In this document: positions 11,567-21,994 of the stretch, one piece after another
Numbering within the stretch: the first letter of the stretch is position 1
Layout: every line of letters starts with the position of its first letter
NCBI GenBank assembly: GCA_948469655.1
Contig: CAOKMF010000004.1
Span: forward strand, 11,452-75,451
DNA length: 64,000 nt
DNA from: an uncultured Clostridium sp.
GTDB taxonomy: Bacteria > Bacillota > Clostridia > TANB77 > CAG-508
Direction of reading: 5' to 3'
The notes under the pieces: model-generated
The model's input: the letters and a program-made list of their open reading frames with translations, nothing else
Database searches by the model: none
What the model was told of the DNA's origin: nothing
Position numbers and translations under genes: made by a program

Positions 11567-12154
11567 TTAGATAGATTTTTTCCGATTAAACATAGACAAA
11601 ATCTCTTCTTCTATATTGCACCCATCTTCATTAATTATTACATAGTCACAATGTGACTTAAAAAAGTTATTGTTTTTTTGGCTTTTTATTCTAAGTTTTG
11701 CAGATTCTTCTGATATACTATCTCTTTTGCAAATCCTATTTACTAAAGTATCTAAAGATGTGATTACTCCTATAGTAATATCACAAAACTCATCTAATCC
11801 AAATTCAAATAAAAGTGCCGCATCTATTACTACATCTCCTGTTTCTCCATTTAATATGGCTTCTTTTTTGATTTTTGGAACAACATAGCAAGAAGTTAAC
11901 TTGTCTAATTTTTCCTTTTCTGCATAATTTGAAAAAATTTTATCCCTAAGTTTTTTTCTATCAAGCTCTCCATTATCTAATAAAATTTCTCTTCCAAAAT
12001 TCTCTACAATAGTATCAAAATAAACTTTTCCGAGGAACTTGCATTTTTCTACAAGTATCATCTGCGTCTATTAGTTTTGCATTTCTAATTTCAGATATAA
12101 TCTTAGACACTGTACTTTTCCCAGTGCCAGAAATTCCAGTTACGCCAATAATCA
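11567..12154 (-). CDS. coaE: Dephospho-CoA kinase CoaE. One extra C before GGA near 12040.
   Basis: MIIGVTGISGTGKSTVSKIISEIRNAKLIDAD... (Walker A). After removing the C the frame continues ...VPGKVYFDTIVENFGREILLDNGELDRKKLRDKIF... Confidence 0.8.
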
Positions 12155-12300
12155 TATTTTATCATATCCCTTCTATAAAGTATAAATTTGATTGGAAAAG
12201 AATTAAATTTTGGCTAGGCGTTCAAGAAAGAAATACTGGAGGCGTGCTTTTTAACGCTAAAGGATTTTCTTTTGCAGAACTTAGGCGCCAAAATTGTAAT

Positions 12301-15300
12301 TATTTTTCAATCTTCTCCCAAGCTTCTTCATCTGAAAGATTTGGAATATAATTATATTCATTTCCAAACTTAGCTTTATCGAACTGACAAATTGACTTAT
12401 ACAAGCAAAATTCACATGCTGATTTTTTTGATTTATAATATGGATTTATATCAATTTTTCCGGCTTAAAATCTCCTTAGATATTCCTTTTATAGTTTTTA
12501 TAATATACTTTTGTAAAACTTTAAACTGTTCTCCACTTATACTGCTAGACCTTCCTTCTGATAAGCTTCCGTCATTTTTAATATATGCTGGAATAATATT
12601 AGAGCTACCTGTATCTAATGATTTATCCATCATTTTAACAAGCTTTACATCAGATGCTATAAGCCCTTTCATCTTAAAGTTTCTTTTTATATCTTCTTCT
12701 ATTTCTTCTTTTGTTTTTCTCTTATCAAGTTTTTCTGTAAGCATATTAAAATATAAAACAGCTGCAGCCTTAGCGTTTTCGTACTTGCAGATAGCATCTA
12801 AATATGTTAAAAGTTGAAGCTTAAGTCCATATGCCACATCATTTAATTTTATAAAGTTATTCGAAGATTTATAATCAATAATTCTTAAATATTTTCCGCT
12901 CCTCATCTTTTGCTATATCTATTCTATCAATTTTACCAACTATTTGAACTTTCCTTCCGCTCCTCTAGTTCAATCGCAATAGGCGGATATTTTTTATTTT
13001 CTCCAAACTCTACCTCATGCCCAAGCACCTCAAAATCACTATCTGTTATTGATAAAATTATATACTTCATTGCCTTAATAATTAATCTTTTTAATCTAAA
13101 AGTCTGATTTCTAAATTTAGCTGAACTTATAAATATATAGTTTTCCTTTAGGTTTAACTTTTCTTCTATAATTTTATCTATTATTTCTCTTGTTTTTTCA
13201 TCTGTTATTTCCTTTAGATTAATTTTATTATTTTCTATCTCTTCAAAAAATGTATCTATTACATCATGCATAAAGCTTCCTGTGTCTAAACTTTCAAGCT
13301 TAAATGTTTTCTCCTCTTTAAGTTTTAAAGCATATGTTAAATAAAATGAAAAAGCGCATTTTTTGTAATTCTCAAGCCCTGATACGCTTGTTTTTAATGT
13401 ATCTCCATATAGTTTTTTTATATTATTTTCGTTTAAGTTCTCAGGCTTGTTCGAAAAATCTAATCCTTTAACTGCATTTTTTAATCTTTCATTCCAGTTC
13501 TTGTCTTCTTCAAAAATTTTGTAGATACCAAACCAAATATCATCTATTTCTTTTCCATCTTTAAAATTTCTAATATTTAATAAAAGGTCGGAAAAAGCTG
13601 CATTCATCACTGTAATCTCAGCCTTCTTGCTAATAATATCACTCTCTTCTTTTAAATTTGGAAATATCTTTTTTATCTTCAAGCACAAAGTAGATGGTTT
13701 AAGAGAATTTCCCTCGCTATCAGAAGAAACATAGGATAAATATAACTTTTCTTCAGCTGTACTAAATGCTTTATATATATTAAAATTGTCGTCATATAAA
13801 TTTTCTAGAGTAGTATTTGCAATATGTATGTCCATTTCTTTTAATTTTTCCCTATCATTATCATTTAAAAAGCCTTCATTCGTATTTACACCAGGGAAGC
13901 TTCCGGTCATTTAACCCGAATAATAAATATGACTTTTACAGTATGGCTTCTTGACCTATCTACATCACCGGACCGTTATCTCATCAAAACCTGCTGGTAA
14001 CTTTCCAAGTCCATTCTCAGAAAATGCTATTTTTAAAAGAGAAGCGTACTTCTCAAATGAACAAGTATCTTTTTCAAATATCTTTGCAATTTCGTCAAGT
14101 ATTTTTATAACCACATTAAAACTTGCTTCATAATCAGTAGCAAGGTCTGCATTCTCTTTAGAAACTCTCTCTGCTTCTTTTCTTAACTTTTTATCAATTT
14201 CATTCTCGATTAAAAACTCATATATTGCCTTGCTCAAAAGAGCACCAGTCATACTTTTATAGCATTTATCTTTAAATCTTAAAAGTGGATTTACAATTTT
14301 TTTTCTAATATCATTTAATCTCTTTAAATTCTCTTCATCTTCCCCAAATTTCCAGTCTTCTTTATACCATTTTGAATATTTTATACCTAGCTTTTTTGCA
14401 TAGTTTTCTAAAATATATATGTCCATATCTGAAACTTCTAAAAATTTAGACTTAGCATATGCAATCACACTATCATATGACCAATTTTTCTCAAATACAT
14501 TTAAAACTCCGAAGTATATATTTAATTAAGATATTTTGGCTTAAATCTTTCTTTTCGTCAATATATACAGGTATATTATATTTAGAAAATATTACTTTTA
14601 TTAAACCTGAATATGTATCTATATTTTTTGTAATAATACCAATTTCTCTATATCTATACCCGTTATCCCTGACTTCTTTAATAATTTTTGATGCAACATA
14701 TTCTATTTCTGAATATGGATTATTAGCTAAAAAAAGATTAATGTTTTCAGGCTCATTTTCAAACCTGTCATATATAGTTGAATAAATATTTTTTTCCAAA
14801 ACTGCAAGTTCTTTAGATTTAAATCTATATGGCTTATCTAAATGAACTTTTTCTATTTTTTTTATATTTGTAAGCTCTGCTAGTTTAATTAATTTATTTG
14901 CTGTAACTTTATTACTATAGAAAATATCTGTATCTTGCTCTGTATTTTCTAGGTTTAAATCATCTGTACATAACGTAACAAAAATATCTTTTGAAATTTT
15001 TAAAAGTTCTTCTATAACTTTATATTCTTGTGGAGTAAATCCGCACAAACTCATCTATGAAAATTACTGAATTCTTAAATTCCTCTGCATTTTTTAAATT
15101 CTCTGCAAGAAAATCAAGAGAATCATTTTCATCTAAAAACTTATCTTTTATAGCATTTTGAAATTTGCTATATACTAGATTCAAATCAAGTAATTTTGAT
15201 TTTAAATATTTATCGTCAAGTTCTTCTGCAATCTTTAAAAGCTTTCCTTCTGTTATATTATGTTTTTTAAACTCAGTTATAGAACGTTCCACAATCTCTG

Positions 15301-15637
15301 TGTTTTGCAAATTTTTACCTAAGAATGTAAGTTCATTTTTTGATTTGTCTAAAATATCATAAAAAAGCATAGATTTGCCAAAGCCTTCTATGTTTTTTAA
15401 ATCATTCCCATTTTCATTTTTTACTCTATATGCCATACGTGAAAAGGTTAAAACCTCAGCATTTATAACAGCACCTGAACCTATTTCATCAAGAAGCCTT
15501 TTTTCTGCTGTAAAAGAAAATTGCTCAGGTGTAATTATATATATTTTTTTCGTATCTTTAATTATCTCTTTAATCTTCTTAAAAAGATACGTACTCTTTC
15601 CATTTCCTGCTTTTCCATAGATTAGATTAAGTGCCAT
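12301..15637 (-). CDS. addB: ATP-dependent helicase/nuclease subunit B (AddB/RexB), about 1,110 aa. Fragmented into at least 5 ORFs by extra C before Gly codons. No addA gene lies next to it.
   Basis: N-terminus MALNLIYGKAGNGKSTYLFKKI (Walker A). C-terminal PD-(D/E)xK nuclease with Fe-S cysteines: RIIDYKSS...GKIDINPYYKSKKSACEFCLYKSICQFD...SDEEAWEKIEK. Confidence 0.8.
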
Positions 15638-15858
15638 CTATTTAAGTAATCCTTTCTATAAAATACTCTCTGTCAAATAATAATTAAAACTTGCGTTTGT
15701 CACTCTAATCAAAAAATTTCGCAGAAATTCTAATATCCTTTTATGGCACCCTTTCAAGGTAAACTTGAACTATTTCCATAAAATTATTTAAGAATTTCTA
15801 TGCTCAATTTTTTTCAGCCGTTTCTCACTTAAATTTTAACTATTATTTGACTTAAATT

Positions 15859-16727
15859 TTACCCTATACTTCTTCTTTGATAAAATAGATACTGCTGTGC
15901 TAGTCCTGCTAAATTCTCAAACTTTTCTTTTGCTAAGGCTTGTAAAACTTTTTTTGATACTTTAGTTTCATCTTCCATCTTTATATATAGTTCATTCATA
16001 ACTCTTCTAACCCATACATCCACTGGGAAAACTTCAAATCTTGCAAGTGAAAATAACATTATACAATCTGCAACTTTTCCGTCCTACACCCGGAAGTGTC
16101 ATTAGCTTGTCTCTTAAAATCTCTGTATTTTGCTCATTCTTAAGCTCTTTTAAAGTAATCTCTTGTGTCACAAACATTTTGGTTGTATCATGCACTCTTT
16201 TGTCACGAAATCCAAGCCCAAGCTCTCTTAAGTCTTCTACACTTGCTTTTTCAAGTTCTTGAATTTCAGGGAAAGTATAATAGTCTTTTCCTTTATATTC
16301 AATTTTTTGCCCATACCTTTTTGATATTCTTTCAAGAATCCCTTTTATCCTAGGAATATTGTTATTTGCTGAAATTATGAAAGAAATAATTGTTTCCCAA
16401 AGGTCTTGTTTTAAAATTCTAATTCCTTTTCCATACTGTGTACTCTGTTTTAAATTATCATCAATCTTAGAAAGCTTCTCTTTTATTTTTTCATAATCTC
16501 TATTTAAGTCAAAGTAATCCTTCACTATAGCTTCTATATCGCCTTCAAATACACCTTCAAATATAACTTTACCATCAAGTTTTTTCACATTCAAAACTGC
16601 ATTTTTAATTACCCCAGTATAGCTTCCGGTCTTCATTTATATTCCATCTAAAACATTGCCCACATTCAAATATGTCTTTTAATTCAAACGACTTTGGATT
16701 TTCTAAAATAAACTTTTGCTCTTTCAT
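15859..16727 (-). CDS. ogg: 8-oxoguanine DNA glycosylase / N-glycosylase-DNA lyase (Ogg). 2 extra C before GGA.
   Basis: Reconstructed MKEQKFILENPKSFELKDIFECGQCFRWNINEDGSYTGVIKNAV... and ...[36 protein letters not shown]... (HhH-GPD motif). Confidence 0.8.
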
Positions 16728-16769
16728 AAATAACTTCCCTTTTTGAAAAAGAATTCAAAAAATATCTTT

Positions 16770-16960
16770 TGAATTCTTCTATTAAATTGCTAAATAACCC
16801 TGTTTTAAGGTCGTTAAACTTCATAAGTTTCGCCATCAACGTACCCTAGTACGCCTCAGGCGATAACTTACTCGTTTGCCTACTTAAAACAGCAATTCTT
16901 TAGCAATTTTTATATTTCCACAATTTATTGTTCCGACCTCAAAACTTAATTATCTTACGA
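16770..16960. other. Structured intergenic element between hpf and ogg. A long imperfect hairpin encloses a GC-richer core. Candidate ncRNA or cis-regulatory RNA.
   Basis: AAATTGCTAAA-TAACC-CTGTTTTAAG pairs with CTTAAAACAG-CAATTC-TTTAGCAATTT. The core contains the internal complement GCCTCAGGCG. Confidence 0.3.
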
Positions 16961-16961
16961 T

Positions 16962-17498
16962 TTAAGCCTCGGGCTCAACAAGTCCGTAATTTTTTCCGTC
17001 TTTTAATCTAAAGATAACATTAACCTTTCCTGTATCAATATTAATAAATGTAAGGAAATTATGAGTTTTAGTTTCTTCAAGTTTTAATTTTGCATCTTCT
17101 GGTGCGATAGGTTTTATATCATAATACATAGTTTTTAAGATTTCATCTTTTATTTCTTTTTCATTCGCATTTGTAAAAACAGTATCTTTTAATTTAATTG
17201 ATTCATCTTTATTAATTCTATCTCTTTTAGTCTTTGCTTTTCTGATTTGTCCTTCTAGAATATCAATATCTTTATCGATTGAAGCATACATATCTTTATG
17301 TTCTGTCTCAGCTCTATATGTATTTGCTTTTGTTACAACATGCATTTCTGCAATCTGCATGCTTTTTTCCGTCCTTATTGTAACAGTTACATCAAAATCT
17401 TCTTCAAAATATTTTTGTATTCTTTCAAGTTTCTTTTCCGCATAATCTTTTATGGCTTCTGTTGCTTTTAAATCTTTACCTGTTATTTTTATATTCAT
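16962..17498 (-). CDS. hpf: Ribosome hibernation promoting factor (long HPF). Intact.
   Basis: MNIKITGKDLKATEAIKDYAEKKLERIQKYF... is the S30AE/RaiA N-domain, and a C-terminal dimerisation domain follows. Confidence 0.85.
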   Translation of the reverse strand: MNIKITGKDLKATEAIKDYAEKKLERIQKYFEEDFDVTVTIRTEKSMQIAEMHVVTKANTYRAETEHKDMYASIDKDIDILEGQIRKAKTKRDRINKDESIKLKDTVFTNANEKEIKDEILKTMYYDIKPIAPEDAKLKLEETKTHNFLTFINIDTGKVNVIFRLKDGKNYGLVEPEA

Positions 17499-17635
17499 AA
17501 AATCAGCTCCTTTTTATCTTATCTTTCTGACCTTATTATACATTAATAAATAATAATTAGCAAGATTTTCTTACTAAATTAATTTATATATAATATACTT
17601 CTTACGATAATATTTTCTCTAATTAATATTATTTC

Positions 17636-18119
17636 TTACATATGTGTAAATAAATAGTTTATTCCACCATTTGCTGCAGCAGTTAAAGCAAGTATGATTA
17701 TTCCTGCGGTAAATACTCCTAAAACTATTGGTGGAATTGCCTTTTTAGGAGATAGGTCTAAAAAATTTGCAATTAGTGACCCTGTCCATGCACCTGTCCC
17801 TGGTAGTGGAACTGCTACAAATAGATATACTCCAAGAATTGTAGCGTTTTGAAGCTTCTTACTTTCTGCAATTTTCTTTGTTGCTTTTTCTGTCGCCCAA
17901 TCTATGATGACTTTAAATATTTTTATTTTGCTAAGCAAATCAAATATTGGTCTTATAAATTTTACTATAAAATAAACTGGAATTATATTTCCGAATAAAG
18001 CTTATAATGAATGCCTCAAAATACGTAAGGTGGAATGTAAATACTGCAACTGGTATTGCTCCCCTAAGCTCTATTATTGGCACCATACTAATTATAAAAG
18101 TGGCTAAATATCCGAGCAT
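17636..18119 (-). CDS. Small multi-drug export protein family (Sm_multidrug_ex-like) membrane protein. One extra C before GGA.
   Basis: MLGYLATFIISMVPIIELRGAIPVAVFTFHLTYFEAFIISFIGNIIPVYFIVKF... continues into ORF 17636..17938. The start overlaps the tsaC stop. Confidence 0.6.
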
Positions 18120-18745
18120 AATTCAATCTCCTTTTCTATTTTGTCTTTTTTAATTGGTCCTTCTCTTAAAACTATTATATTTTTCTTTTCTATTTTTATT
18201 ATGCTTGAAGGAACTCTATGTTTTGTTTCTCCTCCATCTATTATTACATCTACTTTGTTTTTAAATTTTTCTAAAGCATCTTTGCCATTTGTAATCTCTT
18301 TTTCACCAGCGGCATTGCAACTTGTTGCAACAACCCCGATTTCCGAAGTTTTTCTACAATTTTTAGTAAAAGTTCATCTTCTGGTATTCTTATCCCGAAT
18401 TGTAGCTTTACCAGCTGTTACAATCTCGGGAATAGTCTCATTTTTTTCAAAAATAATTGTAAGTGGACCTGGCAAAAATTTTTCTATAACTGTTTTTTCT
18501 ATGTCTGTTATACTTTTTGTAACTTTACTAATCATATTTATATCTGATGCAACTACACTCATTGGGTTTGTATATTTTCTATTTTTTAAGTCATATATTT
18601 TTTTTATTGCATCTTCGTTTAAGCTATCAGCGATAATTCCATAAACAGTATCTGTAGGGGTAATAATTACCCCTCCTAACTTTAAAATATTTACTATTTC
18701 TTTTATTTTTTCTTCTGTTATGTCTTTTAATTTAATATATTCCAT
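18104..18745 (-). CDS. tsaC: L-threonylcarbamoyladenylate synthase TsaC/YrdC family. 3 extra C before Gly codons.
   Basis: MEYIKLKDITEEKIKEIVNILKLGGVIITPTDTVYGIIAD...TIGIRIPEDELLLKIVEKLGNGVVATSCNAAGEKEITNGKDALEKFKNKVDVIIDGGETKHRVPSSIIKIEKKNIIVLREGPIKKDKIEKE. Confidence 0.8.
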
Positions 18746-18767
18746 ATCTACAATTTTGTCCTTCTTT

Positions 18768-21103
18768 TATTCCAAATTTATTGTAATTATTGTTCCTTTT
18801 TCAACCATTCCGTCCTTCTCCGTACACTTTGTGTTTTAACTTTTCCACTACCTGTATAAGATATATTTAAATCTTTTTTAGACAATTCTTCTTTTGCTTC
18901 ACCAAGTGTTTTTCCGAACTAGATTTGGCACTTCTACAGATGTTCTTACATTATTTTCTTCTGTATATAATACAACTGTTCCTCCTTCTAATATAGATGT
19001 ATCTTTTACTGGAACTTGCTCTTTAACTAAAACAGAATTGCTATTTGGTGTATCACTTGAAACTACTTTAAATCCTAAATTTTCTAATGTTTTCTTGGCT
19101 TCTGTCAATGTTTTATTAGTTACATCTGCTACTTTGGATGTCTTTGGACTTACACTTCCTACACTACTTGTGTCAGATTTTTCTGATGCTATTCCCATAT
19201 AAGGTAATACATCTGTAAGAATATTTGACATTATAGGTGCTGCAATCCTACTACCATATGCCGCTTCTGATTTTACATTATATACGACTACCAACCCTAC
19301 AACTTCTGGTTCATCAGCTGGAGCAATTGCTGTATAAGAAACTACGTATCCGGTCTTCTGGTCTAGTGACCGATGGCTCTGATGTACCTGTTTTCCCTCC
19401 TATACTATATCCTGCAACTGTTCCATATATATTTTCCCTATTTTCTACAACTGATTTCATCATGTCTCTTAATTCTTTTGCTGTTTTTTCTGATATAACT
19501 TTTCTTACTTCTTTTGTATTATATTCCTCTACTGCTCCACTATCTGTATTTACTACTCTTTTTACTATTCTAGGCTGAACTAATTTTCCGTCATTTGCTA
19601 TTGTAGATACTGCTGTAATAAGCTGAAGAGGTGTTATTTCAAATCTCTGTCCAAATGACGTTACTGCAAGTTCTACTCTTCCTACTTTATCAATTTCATG
19701 GAATCTACTAGAACTTTCTCCTGCGACCTTTACTCCTGTTTTTTCAAATAATCCAAAACCTTCAAAATATTTATACAAAGTTTCTTTCCCAATCCTTGAG
19801 CCAAGTTGTATAAATGCTGCATTGCAAGAATTTCTAAGTGCCTCTCTTAATGTTTGTTTTCCATGCACTGCATACTGTGCACATCCTATCTTTATATCTT
19901 CTTCTACTGCATCTTCTATTATCGTATACCCTTCACAATGGAAGTCATTAGGTACATCGGTAGTTGTTATCTGTTCTTCTAGAGCTGCTGCTGAAACTAT
20001 TAATTTAAATGTAGAGCCTGGCTCATATGTACTAGAAAAGTTTCTATCTCTCCATAAATTTTCAAGTAAAGTCTTTTTATCTACCTGTGTATCTCCAGCT
20101 CCAGTAGTTTCTGGCGATTGACTATTTCCTGTTTCTCCTTCTTTAGGCTTAGCAGTTCCATCTTCATTTTTTTCTACTGGTATTGTAAATGGATCATTTA
20201 AATTATAGCTTGGATATGTTGCCATTGCAAGTATTTCTCCTGTTTTTGGCTTCATAAGTATAGCTGATCCTGCGACTCCGTTTATTATCTACTACGCCTT
20301 TTTCTAAGTATTTTTCTACAATACCTTGAATATTTACATCTATTGTTAAATAAAGGTCTGAACCATTTTGTACTTCTACATATTGCTCAGCATCTCCTGA
20401 AATTTCGTCTCCATTTCTATTTCCTGTTGTTACAATTTTCCCGTGATGTTCCTTTAAGTTCTGAATCCCATTTATTTTCTATTCCATATAGTCCTTGTGA
20501 ATCTGTTCCTGTAAATCCAATAACATGTGAAGCTAAGTTTCCGTAAGGATAATATCTCTTATTATCTTCGTCTATATTTATTCCTTCAGTTATTTTGTTT
20601 TCTTTCATCCAGCTTTCAAGTTTATCAACGGCGTCTTTTTCAACTTGTTTTATTATAGTTTCAACTGATTTATCACTTCTAACCTGTGCTAAAACTGTTT
20701 CATATTCTAAATTAAAAATTTCTGACAGCCCTTTTGCAACAGTTTCTTGAAGTTCTATTGTTTTATATTTTGCTGTAGTTTCATCAATATTTTTTGATTT
20801 TGATTCTTTTACTATAAATTTTGATGGGTTAATGGTTATTGTATCTACTGACGCACTCATTGCAAGTGCTTTACCATTTGCATCGTATATTGCTCCTCTT
20901 TTAGGAGATATTATTTTATTTAATGTTTGTTGCCTTGAGGCAAGTTCTTTAAGCTCTGCCCCTTGAACAAATTGTATAAATCCAATTCGAACAATAAGTA
21001 AAGCAAAGACAATAATCATTATCTTTGATGCTACTTTAAGTCTATATGCAGGTATCGCTTTATCTAATACCTTCTTTTTACCCTTTCTTTTGTTTCTTTC
21101 CAA
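18768..21103 (-). CDS. Penicillin-binding protein of the FtsI/SpoVD class B transpeptidase type, with a C-terminal PASTA domain. Several extra C before Gly codons.
   Basis: N-terminal TM MERNKRKGKKKVLDKAIPAYRLKVASKIMIIVFALLIV. STFK and KTGT motifs present. Reconstructed PASTA region VPNLVGKTLGEAKEELSKKDLNISYTGSGKVKTQSVGEGGMVEKGTIITINLE. Confidence 0.8.
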
Positions 21104-21127
21104 TATACTTCACCAAAAATATTTTAT

Positions 21128-21168
21128 ATTAAAACATAACAAAAAGCAAGTCCATTTTTTAGACTTGC
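21128..21168 (-). terminator. Rho-independent terminator downstream of the CAP-domain gene.
   Basis: AAGCAAGTC-cattttttag-ACTTGCTT followed by a T-run. Confidence 0.55.
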
Positions 21169-21187
21169 TTTTATATCACTTATTTTG

Positions 21188-21715
21188 TTATACTCCTAGA
21201 AAAATTTGCACAAATATTTTTCCATAAACCGGACTATCTATAACATATATTCCTGTATATTCATAATCTTCATCTAAAATATTGTCTCTATGGCTTGGAG
21301 AATCTATCCACGCATTTACTGCTTTTTCTGGTGTAGTACTTCCTGCTAAATTTTCTCCTGCAACCTTATATCTAACTCCATTATCTTTTAGCATTTCAAA
21401 TGGTGTTCCTAAGTTTTCAGAATTATGAGAAAAGTATTCATTTTCTACAATATCTTCTGCTTTAATTTTTGCAACGTCTTGTAATTTAGATATTGCTTTT
21501 AAGTCAGATAAACCGTTTTCTCTTCTATATTCATTTATGGCATTTAAAGTTTCTTTTTCTTCTTTACTTAAAGTAGCTACTTCTTGTACCATATCATTAA
21601 TTTCTTTGTTTTTTTCTGTTTCATCTAAGGCTGATGTTGCAAATGAGATTCCTTGTATTAAAACAAACACCGCAAAAATAAATAAAGTAACAATTTTTTT
21701 AATTTGTACTTTCAT
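21188..21715 (-). CDS. Secreted CAP/SCP (YkwD-like) domain protein. Intact.
   Basis: Signal peptide MKVQIKKIVTLFIFAVFVLIQGISFA. Motifs NEYRRENGL...YFSHNSENLGTPFEMLKDNGVRYKVAGENLA...WIDSPSHRDNIL. Confidence 0.75.
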   Translation of the reverse strand: MKVQIKKIVTLFIFAVFVLIQGISFATSALDETEKNKEINDMVQEVATLSKEEKETLNAINEYRRENGLSDLKAISKLQDVAKIKAEDIVENEYFSHNSENLGTPFEMLKDNGVRYKVAGENLAGSTTPEKAVNAWIDSPSHRDNILDEDYEYTGIYVIDSPVYGKIFVQIFLGV

Positions 21716-21938
21716 TATTTACACATTCCTTAATATAAAATCTCTAAAAATTTCTTATCTTATGATTTTCATTTTTAATATTTTATCCTTTGCAATGTGT
21801 GTTTATTCTATTAATGCACCAACCTTTTTAAGTATAACACATTTTTTTACTTATGTCAACTTTTATGGTTAGTTTTGAATCATTGGGTAGGGTGTTTCTG
21901 TTTGTCCCACTTTTGAGACAGTCAGAACCGTCCCGATT

Positions 21939-21976
21939 GTCCCTACAAAAAATGCAGGAGAAATTTCTCCCGCATT
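21939..21976 (-). terminator. Rho-independent terminator of the ~3,000-aa dockerin giant.
   Basis: Minus strand GCGGGAGAAATTTCTCCTGC hairpin followed by ATTTTTTG. Confidence 0.6.
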
Positions 21977-21994
21977 TTATTACATTTTCTTATT

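Noticed and set aside
11526-11600. CoaE-PgeF translational fusion suggested if the CGG at the coaE C-terminus were another inserted C.
   Set aside because: coaE has a clean in-frame stop (…FNRKKSI*). pgeF has a plausible TTG start with homology beginning there. I treat this CGG as a genuine rare Arg codon.
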